Origin: Podarcis cretensis
Taxonomy: Eukaryota
Assembly: GCA_951804945.1 (NCBI GenBank)
Contig: OX638158.1
Span: 31,620,001-31,684,000, forward strand
DNA: 64,000 bases
Direction of reading: 5' to 3'
Every line of letters begins with the position of its first letter. Within the stretch, counting starts at the first letter, position 1. The notes beneath the pieces are model-generated. The model searched no databases. It saw only the letters and a list, made by a program, of their open reading frames with translations, and was not told the origin of the DNA. Positions 13,181-25,600 of the stretch are shown piece after piece. The translations under genes and the position numbers were made by a program.

Positions 13181-13965
13181 TTGCCAGGCTGCAATGTGTC
13201 CTTGAACTCTGCTAATGTCACTTGAATTTCTGGAGGGAGGATAGACAGAATTGTGTGTGTGTGTGTAGAAACTAGCTCACTGTACAAAAGCTAAAAATTT
13301 GCATTTGTTGCTTCATCCACTTTTGCCTCTGGCTTCACCCCCACTGTCATGTGGCCCTTGGAAGATTGCAGAGAAGGAAATGTCCTCCTTTGACTGAAAA
13401 AGGTTCTCCACTCCTGCCTTATTTGGGTGGCTGCTGACACGGCAGTTCAACCTAGATTCTGGGGCCAATGGCCTTGAGAACTGTCATCCACCCATCTGAG
13501 AATGTGTCCTCTTTAGTGTTGATTTCTGTATGTGTTCCAGCCAGGAGTCAACTCCCAAGCAAAACATCTCATCTTGTCTTCTCAGTTCTGCATTCCTGTC
13601 ATGGTTTGATCCTCAGCAGCTATAGTTCCACCTGATACTGTAACTGCAAATGTCATTTTGACCTGTTCTCCGTCTCATGTTTCTTTATATAGCTGCCGCA
13701 ACAGGAAATTGTTGGGAAGGTAGAAGCCATACTCCTTTGAGTGTGCTCTTATCTTTTGAAAGTTTAGAATGTTACTTTGTGCAACTGCAGAATCCATATG
13801 TGTAGCTGCACCAGTGACCACTTGAACAACCCTGTCTTTCATGTTAAATGTGGCAAGTGAAATGGTTTCTATAAAGCACAGAATTCATTCTGGTTTTCTG
13901 TTTAAGATAAATTTTGAAGTAGGTCTCATCCAAATGTATCCTGCTTACTGTTTAATCATTTGCAG

Positions 13966-14036
13966 CCTCTACCTGGAGTGATGGTGGATCTGTTCGTCCC
14001 AGCTACTGGCTGGTTCTTCACAATCTCACTCCGCAG
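13966..14036 (+). CDS. TNRC6B: TNRC6B exon, start of RRM (…[12 protein letters not shown])
   Basis: tgcag acceptor, CAG|gtattt donor, 71 nt. Confidence 0.95.
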
Positions 14037-14455
14037 GTATTTCTGTCTTCTGCTTCCTTTTTATTACTGAAACAAGACTATTCTGAATTGTTGATTATTT
14101 AAAATAAATATTGTATTTATGTACCAACACAAGCTAACTAGTATGACAGTGTGTTTAGGACATGAGAGACCTACTGTAAACCACATTTTCAGCTTTTTTT
14201 TTTATTGGATTGTGAATTAATTGCAGTGCTTGTTTTAGTTAGGTAAGTAAGCAATTTTGTGAATGCAAAACATAGTGTTGTCATTTTTATACAAAACTCC
14301 CAGTCTTCAGGATGCTAGGCAGAATGGCTAGTTTTCTCTCTTATGTTTTCATAGCAAAACCACAGAATGTTTCCAGCACTGCAGCCAAAAACAAAGGCCT
14401 ATAAGGTTCCTTCAGCTTTTGTTTGTGTCTGCTGAGACACCATGCTTTCTCAGTA

Positions 14456-14793
14456 CAGTGGTGCCCTGGAAGACGGAAAACCCACTAGACAAAAGGGTTT
14501 TCCGTTTTGGAGGCGCTTCGCTAAACGAATTTCTCTGTGGGGTTGCTTCGCAAGATGAAAAAATCTTGCGAGTTCCCGCAGTTTTTTTTCGCTCCCCCCC
14601 CCTTTCCTAAGCCGCTAAGCCGCTTATCAGCTGTTCCGCTGATAAGCCGCTTAACAGCTGATCGCTAAAAGCCGCTAGACCGCTAATAGCGCTAATCCGC
14701 TAAGCTGTCAATGGCCTTGCTTCGCAAGACGAAAAAACCGCTAGACGAAGAGCCTCACGGAACGGATTCTTTTCGTCTTGCGAGGCACCACTG
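14456..14793. mobile_element. Tc1/mariner-pogo MITE with internal short CCGCT(T/A)A repeats
   Basis: TA-CAGTGGTGCC…GGCACCACTG-TA. Confidence 0.8.
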
Positions 14794-14795
14794 TA

Positions 14796-15012
14796 CAGTC
14801 ATACCTTGTGTTGCATTAGGTTCATGTTGCGTCTTTTCAGTTTGCGAATGTGGCAAACCCAGAAGCGTATACTTCAGGTTTTGCCCCGTGCGCGTGCACA
14901 GAAGCATTCTGCACACTTAGCACATGTGCAGAAGCGGCGCTCTAGTTACAGACTTTTCAGGGTGCGAACGGCACCCCGGACCAGATCAAGTCCGTAACTA
15001 GAGGTACCACTG
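14796..15012. mobile_element. Tc1/mariner-pogo MITE directly abutting the previous one
   Basis: Shares TA 14794-14795; CAGTCATACCT…GAGGTACCACTG-TA. Confidence 0.75.
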
Positions 15013-15179
15013 TATTTTGAGCTTAGTTTATTTCTCTTGTGGCATTTACAGTAATTGCCTGATATTTTTGGTTTGTATATTAACCATACTATTTCAGATA
15101 TATTTACAAATGAAAATACTTACCTCCCCCCCCATAAACCTGCTGTTTGTCTTTGTTCTTCCAATCTGTTCTTCACAAG

Positions 15180-15319
15180 ATTGATGGGTCAACTTTGAGG
15201 ACCATCTGCATGCAGCATGGTCCACTGCTGACATTCCATCTCAACCTGACCCAAGGCACCGCCCTTATCCGATACAGCACCAAGCAGGAGGCAGCCAAGG
15301 CCCAGACTGCACTGCACAT
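15180..15319 (+). CDS. TNRC6B: TNRC6B RRM exon ([23 protein letters not shown]…AQTALHM)
   Basis: caag acceptor, AT|gtgagt donor, 140 nt; GW182 RRM sequence. Confidence 0.96.
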
Positions 15320-17705
15320 GTGAGTTACACCAACAACCTTTCCTGACCATTTGCAACCTCATTTTGTCGGTAGATGGAAGTCTTGTGTGCAAGAGGTAGC
15401 CCAGTAATGTGTTTTGTTTGCCTAGTGCCCAGATTTGAAATGGCATGAAACAGTTTTTTCCGCCAGGGGCTCCTGGAGGGGGCAGCATTTACACTGGGAT
15501 GGCTCCTCCCATCTGGCTGGACAGGCAGGGTCAGTCAAGGATCCTTGGCTGGGGGAGGCGCCATCCCCACTTTTGCCAGACCTGCCTTGCCTCTCAAGTT
15601 GGTCAGACAGGTCTCTAGTGCTGCAAGGCTCCTGACCCAGCACATTTTTTCATTCTCATTTATTTTCGTTTAGCTTGCATTTTTCCATTTCTTACTTAAT
15701 TTCTTTTTCCTTGTAATTTTCTTTCTTTTAATGCCCTTCCCGCCTCTCCTTTTGCCTCCCTGTCCAAGGAGGCAGACTCGGCCAGCTCTGAGGAAGAGCT
15801 CTGTATTTTTCACGAGGAGGCTCTCCCCCAGAGCCCACAGGAAGGCACCCAGGCAGCTTCTGCTGCCCCAAAGAGCTCAAATGCTCTACACAGTGAAATA
15901 GATGCTGGACAACTGATTTGCGCAGTAGTGCAACAGCAACAGTTCCCTGTCTCACACTTTACTTGTGCGGCAGCAAAAGGAGCTTGTGTGTGCCATTTCT
16001 GGCTGGCACTGGAGTTTTTCCTTTAGTCTTCACCTTTCCCTGGACAGGGGAGCCCAGGGGAGAAGCACGGACACCAGGTATGCTAGACTAGACGGTCCGT
16101 TCTCTGATCCAACAGGGCTCTTACGCAGTATCTAGAAGGTACAGGCATATTCTGTTATCTGGCTGAACTGTTCTCACCTCCAGGCAAAGTCCATTTTGTG
16201 GCCTTCCACTAGTTTGGCAAACTGAAAAAGCAAACAAAAATATTTCAGGTAATGGTGTGCCTCTTTTTAAAAGCTAAATTAGTATTCTCTTTAAAAGCTT
16301 TTGAAATCTTTCTGTTAACTTAAAATATTTTAATAAGGATCTCAAAAGGATGTTCAATTAGTATTCTCATTACTGTATCCAATTACATTTCAGTTTGGTT
16401 AACTATTTGAGTGAGAATAGAGAAGAGATTAGATAAGTCAAAGCTTTGATTATGACCTGATTGAGGCATGGCAAAGGATAGTTTGTTGTTACTTACTTGA
16501 ACTACAGCAAGCCTCAGATTTATATGCTCCCTCTGCTCTTCCTTCTCTCTACTTTGAATGGGAAGGGGCAAGGGAAATTTAAAACTCTGTCACTTTTTGA
16601 AAAAACTGCAGCTTCCATTTTCATCTGAATACAGGAAATTGGTTTATTTAACCGTAGTTAAATAATTAATAAACTAGTATATCAAAGCACCATTTGATCC
16701 TGGTTTGATAAAATCAAATCTTGGTTTCCCATATGTAAATAAAAAGGGAAGCATTTGGAAGAGGCATGGTTGTAGTTTAGTTCAGTTACCCCAGGTGGAT
16801 GAGATCTGGCTATACACCTCTGAAGTTTCACGTTTGCACTTCATCTATTCTGGGCAGACATGTTCTTTACTAGCTTTTCCTTGTCTTCTGTGCTCTTTTG
16901 CCCTCTGCTCATGAGTTTCAGCTTAATTTGTTTCTTCTCCCCTCACTCTGGGGAAGAGGGCTGTCTGCTGGGGTAGCGGCCACCACTAGCAGCTGGATGG
17001 TAACAGCTCAACAGGATGCTTGCGCTGCCTCTCCCCTCAGGGAGTTTTGAAGGATTATGTGAGAAGCATGAAATTTATGTTTCTTGCCTGTAAGTGGCTT
17101 TCTTAACCAAAAATTGTGGATGGTATATCCATGCTTGTATTCATCCTGAAAGAAGAAATATTTTTGGTGCATGTTTCATGACAGCATTTACATTTGCAGT
17201 TTTTTTTGTACACGAAGAACATGCAAATTTTGTTGCTGCCGTAAGTTTGTGGGCTCTTGGGGAAAGCAGTGGACTTGCACATTTGTGAGGTGACCATGAC
17301 TCTGCTTGCAGTGGGCTACAAACTGGGTCTTACTTGCCTTGCAAAAGTACGCTAATATTTGGACAAATGTTAGGGCCCCAGTATGAATATTTGCGACTCT
17401 TACCACTATTCTCAGAAATCTCCTTTGTATATCAGCTTCCAAATTTGGAAAAACTTTTGCAAAAATATGCATACATGCTTAAACCATTTTTTTTTTCTTT
17501 TAAAGTAAAAGAAAATAATATTAATTCTGGAAAACAAATGTAGTAAGGATGAGGGCACTATATAAATATTGTTCTGCCGCTCATACTAATTTTCTTTGTT
17601 GAACTATATATTCTTTGCAATGTTAAACTGTGGATTTGGCTCAGGTTTCTGGGATATATTTTCCTGTTAACTTTTGTTTCTGTTCATTCTACCCTATTTT
17701 TTTAG

Positions 17706-18093
17706 GTGTGTTTTGGGAAACACTACCATCTTGGCTGAGTTTGCCACAGACGAGGAGGTTAGTCGCTTTCTGGCACAAGCTCAGCCTTCTACACCTGCAG
17801 CAACACCCAGCACACCTGCAGCAGGCTGGCAGTCTCTAGAGACAGGACAGAATCAGACAGATCCAGTGGGACCTGCTTTGAATCTTTTTGGTGGGTCAAC
17901 AGGGCTTGGGCAGTGGAGCAGCGGTGGTGGCAGCAGCAGTGGGGGTGACCTTGCTGGTGCTTCATTATGGGCCTCCCCAAATTACTCTTCAAGCTTGTGG
18001 GGGGTTCAGAGTGTAGAAGATCCCCACAGGATGGGAAGCCCTGCTCCCTTACTACCTGGAGACCTTCTAGGCGGAGGGTCGGATTCAATCTGA
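17706..18093 (+). CDS. TNRC6B: TNRC6B last coding exon ([13 protein letters not shown]…SSLWG…[10 protein letters not shown]), contains CIM2-type LW repeats
   Basis: tttag acceptor, TGA at 18091-18093; ORF 17674..18093. Confidence 0.96.
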
Positions 18094-18177
18094 ACTTAAA
18101 ACTTTCAACTCTGACCTCGTGACCTTTTTTGGAACAGCAGCAGCACTAACTTGACCTTTTCTTTTTTTTCAACTTGC

Positions 18178-18183
18178 AATAAA
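18178..18183 (+). terminator. Candidate proximal polyadenylation signal of TNRC6B
   Basis: AATAAA 85 nt after the stop; downstream context partly lost in an N gap. Confidence 0.4.
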
Positions 18184-18231
18184 TACATTTTAAAAGGAAA
18201 AAAGAAAATGGAGAGAGAAAAAAAAGGTGGG

Positions 18232-18395
18232 NNNNNNNNNNNNNNNNNNNNNNNNNNNNNNNNNNNNNNNNNNNNNNNNNNNNNNNNNNNNNNNNNNNNN
18301 NNNNNNNNNNNNNNNNNNNNNNNNNNNNNNNNNNNNNNNNNNNNNNNNNNNNNNNNNNNNNNNNNNNNNNNNNNNNNNNNNNNNNNNNNNNNNNN
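18232..18395. other. Assembly gap (164 N)
   Basis: Run of N. Confidence 1.
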
Positions 18396-19655
18396 AAACA
18401 CAAAAATTTAAAAAAATTAGTTTCTAGTTTTTCACTTTTTCATGTTATACGGAAGTTGTTGCTACGAAACATATATACTGAAAAATAGCTTTTTAACTTT
18501 GTTTGCACTGGGTGTGTTTCCGTCCTTAGGTCTACTATGTCGGGAAGGGGCAGGGTTCAAAAGAATTGGGGGTGGGGTGGGAGGGGAAGACTTGACGGAG
18601 CCTCACTTTAAAAAACAAAAAAAGGAAAAAAAACACTTTGTGATTGGCTGGTTGATATATACCAGTATGTTCTGGCACATGTAACTGCCCCGTGTGTGTG
18701 TTTCTGTGAGAGCGTGTATGTGAGCATGATTGTGTGTGCGTGTGTGCGCATTTTTGTCTTGGAAAGCTGCATTGCTGTTGGTCAGCAACCTACCTGGCTA
18801 GACTCTTAAACTGAATAATGATGGTGCCTATGACTGGTGCAAAATCAAATTGACCTGTGTTAAAATCTGTCGGTGGTATTTTTATTTTAGCAGGGTATTC
18901 AGCGCAGTACAGATCTTGTTCTGACCCTGTCATAGAGCAAAACACTGCCATATCCTAAGGATTTGGTGAGAGGGGTGCCAGTGTGGGAGTTCAGGGTTTT
19001 GATGGTGGGGGAGGGGGGTGATCTGTTTTGCCTAGAAGTGTATTTGTGTCTCTAATGAGACTTTTTGAGTGAACCCAAGCTTACTTTTTATGACAAGGCC
19101 TTTCACCTTTTGGGGGACACCAGGGGGTAATGGGCATCACATTTCTTTGTGACAAAGACCTATGTAATAGTTGAAGCTTCTGCAGTCCTTAAGAACCAAA
19201 TCCTGTAGCTATTCCTCAAGTCTGCATACTAAGGTTCTTATCCTTTCATGGAAAATCCACCAAAATTCAGGCCTAACTGTATTTTCTTAAGTGGTCTGCT
19301 GTTTGTGACAAAACTAAAATGTCAGTAGTTTGCTGGCCTATCTTGTATTGTGAAAGCACATGCAGCAACTTTTGTTCTCCTTTCTCCATAGTGAGCGTTA
19401 CCTGTGCCAGGCCTAGGTGTATTACAGCACCAGACCATCACTGACAGAAACGTTTACTTACGAATGTTCTTAAACCAGTGTGTACTTTGAGCATTTTTTC
19501 TCTGTGTATTTCCTGTGTATGTCTTGCTTAGGCTTTGCTTAGGCAGGCATATAACTAGCAAAGACTTCTTTTGTTTATAAAGTATTGCACCTTTATTATT
19601 TTTACTTTTCCCTGTACTGTTGCTTTTTATTGTCGGTATTTAAAGAAAGGTTGTA

Positions 19656-19689
<34 letters not shown>

Positions 19690-22600
19690 TTATTTTTTTA
19701 AACAACAGTGTAGTAGTACTCTGGGCAGGATAGGGGAGACCTATACTTAATTCAGAAGATAGCCAGTGTGTGCACTGGGACAGAATTGCTTGTTGTGAAG
19801 AAAGCCGTAGCAAACATTGCCTTTACACAAAGCAATTTTGAAGATGGGCAGACAGGATAAGAACAGGGAGAAGGAGGCATTATTCTTTGAAGTGTTAGAA
19901 CTTAGCTCTGGATTTTTGCTAGCTCTGCATTATACTGAATAACAAAAGTGCTGCAATATTCTGTACCAGCAAATACCTACATAACTCCGGTACTTGGAAG
20001 TAGCAGATCATAATGTACAGGATCACAACAGAAGATTCTTTCTCCTTCAGCAGTTTCATGTTTAAAAAAAAAATCAGTGGTGTCTGCTATATAAGTATTG
20101 ATAGCAAAATTAAAGCAAAAAAATTCCTCACATTTATGTAGAAAGGGAGGAGTTGTGAATTCTGTACATGAACTCGGTTTCACAGGAAGACTAAATAAGG
20201 CAATTACTGCATTTACATCTGCCTGTTATTTTGCTGTGAAGTTGAGTGGTAAACATAGACAGGTGTTGCGTATTTAACCTTCAGAATCTGCAGCATATGT
20301 GGATCTTTTAAGTGTTTCCCTATTTCTCCCTTTGTCATTGTATCTTGTAAGTTGAAGCAAAATGTCCCCCCCCCCATTCCTGCCACTTAAGTTTCCCTTG
20401 CAGCCCCTACACATGCCTGCTCCTAAAACAGCTGTATTTGTCTCTGGGGCCTCAGTGTTGAAAGCATGCAGGACAAACTATAATAAAAAAAAGCTCTGAG
20501 CTGGGAGGACATCGGAATACTGCACCTCATGGCCTAGAAAACAGCTATGTGCTCCAATATGTGACTTGACACACAAGCAGGTTCACTACTGTGTTATCAC
20601 TCTCTCCCAACCTGCCCTACGGTCCCTTTGCCTGCACTTTGGATTTGTTGAGTTCATTACGATACTACGGTGAAAGCCGGGTGCTAGAGCCCCTCTTGTT
20701 TACAAGACATAATGAGGGATATGACATATTTAAAAAATGAAAAGCTAAAATGTTCTTCCATCACAAGCTTAAAGGGAAAAAATTAAAAACTTTTTAAAAA
20801 AAGACCAAAAAGTGCGTGTGCATATATAAATATATATAAGATGAAGACTAACTCTGGGAGCATTTAACAGTGTTTTTGTGTTTTAACATTTATTTTCCTG
20901 CTTTAAATTTGCAAGCATTCTCAGGAATTCTAGGGTAGGAAGCCAGTTTTCGAAGATGGTTTATTTAACCTTTACCTTATCCTAGATAGATGGTTGTTTC
21001 TTTCGTAAACTTTTACAAGTTCCTGAATCTTTACAAAAAGCAAAAAATTTGAAAAACAAAATCTAACTAATACAAACTCCAATTGTCAGAACTGGGGATC
21101 AAAAAAATTTTAAAGTACAAATTGATTACAAAAGAATTCTCAGTAGCAGCAACACAAATTCATTGTATTCTTAAAAGTCCAAGTTGTGAAAAGATTTATA
21201 CTTTTAGAGCTTAGTCTCAAGTGGAAGCGCGTGTGCAGATGAGTGGGGGAGAGGATTGCATATGAATGAAAGTATAATCATCTAGTTGTTTCACAGTGAG
21301 CATAAAATCTTCCTCCAAGCACCATTTTAAAATAAACAGTTAAAAAAGAGTAAAAAAATGCATTTTGATTTGACTAAATCAGTCAACCACAGTTAAGAAG
21401 AATTGCTGGGAGTACAGGATGGTGCTTCTTGAAACCACTTTTAGATTGACAGTGCTTCAGAGAAGCAAAATCTTTATTGTGACCCAGTAATGGAGCTGTT
21501 TTAACTTTTACTAATTTTAAAACAGAAAATAGGGAAAGAAGAATGTGGAGAAATCAGTGAAGTGTACCTGGGAAAAATGGCTTGGTGTATTTTAATCATT
21601 TTGAAGATTTGTTTTTTTTTGTTTGCTTTTTCCATTTATCAACCAGAGATGTGTAAATGAGAAATTTTGGGAAGTGGGTTGGAGGTAAGATATATTAACT
21701 GCTGCTGCCAGCTACTGGGACTCCCATTCTTAAGAACCAGTTTACTGCAGCTTTTTCCTGGGATGGATAGCTCAGAGCTTCCAGCACAAAGAGAGAAGGA
21801 CTTAATGTGCTTGAAGCATTTTTGTTAGAATGAAAATAACAAGCCGCTTTAGTGCCTTTGTAATGCATCCTTGCATCCTACAAAAGACATATGCAGTCTA
21901 GTCACTCCAAGGAAACAAATGAACCCATTTTTCTAAAACAAAAAGCATTTCTCTTGAGCATGCTGAATAGAAGCCTCAAAGGCCTGCCGTGCAAAGAGTT
22001 ACATATAAAATAACATACATGTAAACATTTTTCTTTGAAATCTAAGGGCAATTTTCATGCATTACTACTTTCTTGTTTTGAACTACTCTTCAGATAGAAG
22101 TGTGAAGTAATGCTTGGTTTTCTGTGACATCAGTTGTGTGTTCTTTAGTTGTGTGTTGCGTTGTTTCCCAAATTGCACCTTGGAAAAAATGCATCAACTG
22201 ATTCCTAGTGTGATAGGCCAGTGAGAGGAGCCCCCTTTTGTTTTTTTAAAGGAAGTTATTTATCTGAATGCTTTATCAGAGGCTTTGACTTATTTCCCCC
22301 TATAATATTTTTTTAAGTGGAAAATTACAAAAGCCTGTTACTTGGCTGACAACTGCTGAAGAAGGTAGAAAGGTAAATGTATAACTGTCATATTTAAAGC
22401 ATCCTTTACCTCTCAACATTTCAACCTATGCATATTGAAGTTTGTCATATTTTTGAAGAAGTGAACTAAAATATCAATCTTGGCAACCTTCCATCCCTGA
22501 TGAATACCTGGAATGTTTAATCAGCCCTTTGGACCATAGCAATACAGGTTTCCAAACACCTTTTCTGTTTTGAATCTGCTATGTTCTCTGGCCAGTGAGG

Positions 22601-25600
22601 ATGATACTTTGGGGAACTAAGCACTAAACTATACTTGAGAAAATGTTTTCTGCAGTTGTTTTGTGGGTGGTGTTACTATATTTTCATGTACGTTCTACAC
22701 ACACACACAAAAAGGCAAGAGGTCTCATGGGGTGTTGGAGACCTCTTCAGATTGCCAGAGCACCCTGCGCAGCTTGCAGCCACGTGTCAAATTTTTCGTT
22801 TTATAAAGTTGCTCCTTCCATGAAAAGGAGAAACAGTCCATATCAATGTTTTGTCCTCCTTTTTAGTTGTATATTTTAAATGCACATGCCCAACTTAAAA
22901 AATAGCCCTATTTTGGTTCTATTTACTCTTTTAATATATGGCCTATATGAACCTACTGCCAGAACCAGCATCTAATTGGATGGGTCTTGCAATAACACCT
23001 TTCCTATAATAGTACTATTCCCAGAAAGCTGCTTATTATGACATGCCGAACCATTCTGAGAAGGTTGCAGTCTTTTCCAGTGCACCCGTATAAAGGGGAT
23101 AGAGTGAGCTTTTCCTTCACTCTTGGGTTCCCTTTGTAAAGGAATATGTTAAAAGCATGTTTTCCCTCTGCCACTTAGCCAAAGCAAAACTCTTCACCTT
23201 ATCTTTGAAAATTTTAAAAATAAATTACTGAATATAAATAAACAGACATTTCCTGTTTGATTTTCAATGCAGGCATTTGAATTGGCAAGTGTAACAAGTA
23301 TTAACACCTCTTTCTATTCTGTCCTCCACTGCCATGGCAAATGTTACCCGATCTTCACTGTCATCCAAATAGTAGTGTTCAAATCACTCACCTTTATTTT
23401 TTTATAGTATTGGCTAACTGAGATACTCTGTTCTCCCCTGAGAAGGTTCTGTTTAGTTTAGCTGTATTGTTCCTTCATTATAAATATGCAACAGCAAAAA
23501 CACTCTCCATATAATACAAATGCTACCCAAAATGCAGTTAAAATGATGCATTCTGAAATGAATACATGCTTTCCAAGGCATGCATTGATTGGAGCGATAC
23601 TGACTGAAGGAAGATGGATAAAATCTATATTACTGGTTTCCTTAATTTTCCACAAAGCTACAGCTGTTCATTTGAATGCTGATTAGTCTCCGTGTTATGA
23701 TATGCTAATGATATTGGGAGCATTATGTAGATGGATGATTTGGTAGTAACAGTTACACCTGTTGAATACAAGGCTTAATCAGCAAAGATGTAATGTTGTT
23801 TATTCTTTATTCCAATAATATTTTGCAGATTTTCCTACTGTTGCAATCCCTCTCAAAGGTTTAAAACTTTGCTGATTTTTAAAAAGTATATATTGACTCT
23901 GATCCATACAATTTGGTCATACAGTTGTTGATCTGTTATGAATTAGTAAATTTCTAAGAAAATTCTGTAGTGCTCTTAAGGATGGGTGAAAGGAGTAAAA
24001 CAAATTTTGTGCTGAAGATAGCTTTTATCCTCCTTCAGAACATTGCTAAAATGTATACAAACAGTCGCCAAATTAAAAGGATTATTCACCTCTTATGCTA
24101 CAATAGGGAACAAAATTCTAACCTGATCTTCTGGCTGTCAGGCCTCATCAGATGCTAGCAGTTGTCAGACCAACCTAAGTGCCCTTAACTGTTCTCCATG
24201 GCCATGTCAGATACAGATAAGCAGTTTCACATGGCTAAGAGGATATTTAACAGGCACCATAGACGTTACCAAATGTGTGATATGGAACAGTGTCAACATA
24301 CCTGCTTCTTAAGTTTGTGCAGTATGGCATATTTTTACAAATTTCTCAGAGACATGGGCCATAGAAGGATCAAAAGAATCAACCTCAACTAAGAGCCAGT
24401 TTCTTCATGTACTTGGCAGTGGTGATAGCTAGAGTTATATACCCTTGTCTTTTTTTAAAATGCATTTTTTTTAGCCATAGAGTTTTAATGTGTTTTTACT
24501 TGAGCCTGACAACCATCCATTTTAACACAAATCCAGGTTATTGAAGTTAAAGCATTGTGCCAGGCAGCCTGTGAGTATATTTTGACATATGATTAGCTGT
24601 TCATGGAGCAAAATAAAATAAGAATGGAGAAATGTTCCATGGGTAAACAACACAGTTGGACAGTGTCAAGCAAGAAGTGGTGTGTTTTTTTAAGCGCTTA
24701 GTGCCTCATCTTAGGTAATAGTATGCCAGTTAATGCATTCAAAGAACTAAAGTTCCTCATTTCTTACCATGTTTTAATCAGAGAAAATAAATGCATATTG
24801 TCTTTCTGTATTAGAAAATGCAGCGGTTAATTGAGTCCTCCTTATAAAGATTGCTTTGCTTGCTGGATAATAATTTTTGTGGCATGGTTGTGAATATCAA
24901 GTGCTTTTCTTCTCCTTACTTATCCCAGCCAGACTGGCTCACCCTCCTTTTATATTAAGTGCTGAGTGCTTTGAAGTTTGGGTGGGAAGGGGCAGGGAAT
25001 AAAGGAAATAAAGGGAGCCAAGTTAGAGCAGCCTTACTTTAGGGAGTAGCCTTACAACAGAGCTTTATAGTGAGGGTGTGCTGTATTCCAAATTGTGTAA
25101 GCCAAAAATGAAAAAAAAAAATCATTTATGCAAAAAGAGGCGTTAACTTCTTAACATAATATGTACCTTCTGAAGGTAGAATAGGGTCTCATGAAGTAAT
25201 ACATTGTGATGCTTCTTGCTGGGTCAGTAGGTATGGGATTTGGGATATAAGCGCTTAACATTCCCTTGTGGGGTTTTTTAGGGTTGTGTTTTGTTTTTAG
25301 TTTTGAACAAGCAGTAAGTTAAATGTGGTATCTCTGAATGTGCCTTTGTGAGTATGTGACTGTCAGTCCGAGAAGACTACTTGGGCTTGACAGGGGGAGA
25401 TGATAGTCAGTTTATTCTCTCTAAAGGTCAAATGCAAAGATTCCAGCCTGCTGGTACCTTTTGACAAACAGTGTCTTTTGGGGCTGGTCTCTAAGCTGCG
25501 CAGTATGCAGTTGTGTGTGGCAGATGCATCCAGGTGTGGATGGGTTGTAATTCACATGTTGACATTTTTAGGCTAGTGCTCCGTTGCTGGTTGAATTCGT

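Noticed and set aside
14600-14710. Short repeats with variable spacing, superficially CRISPR-like
   Set aside because: Eukaryotic intron, units under 15 nt, inside MITE TIRs, no cas genes
18105-18427. ORFs containing X runs (also 29759-30016)
   Set aside because: Artefacts of assembly gaps
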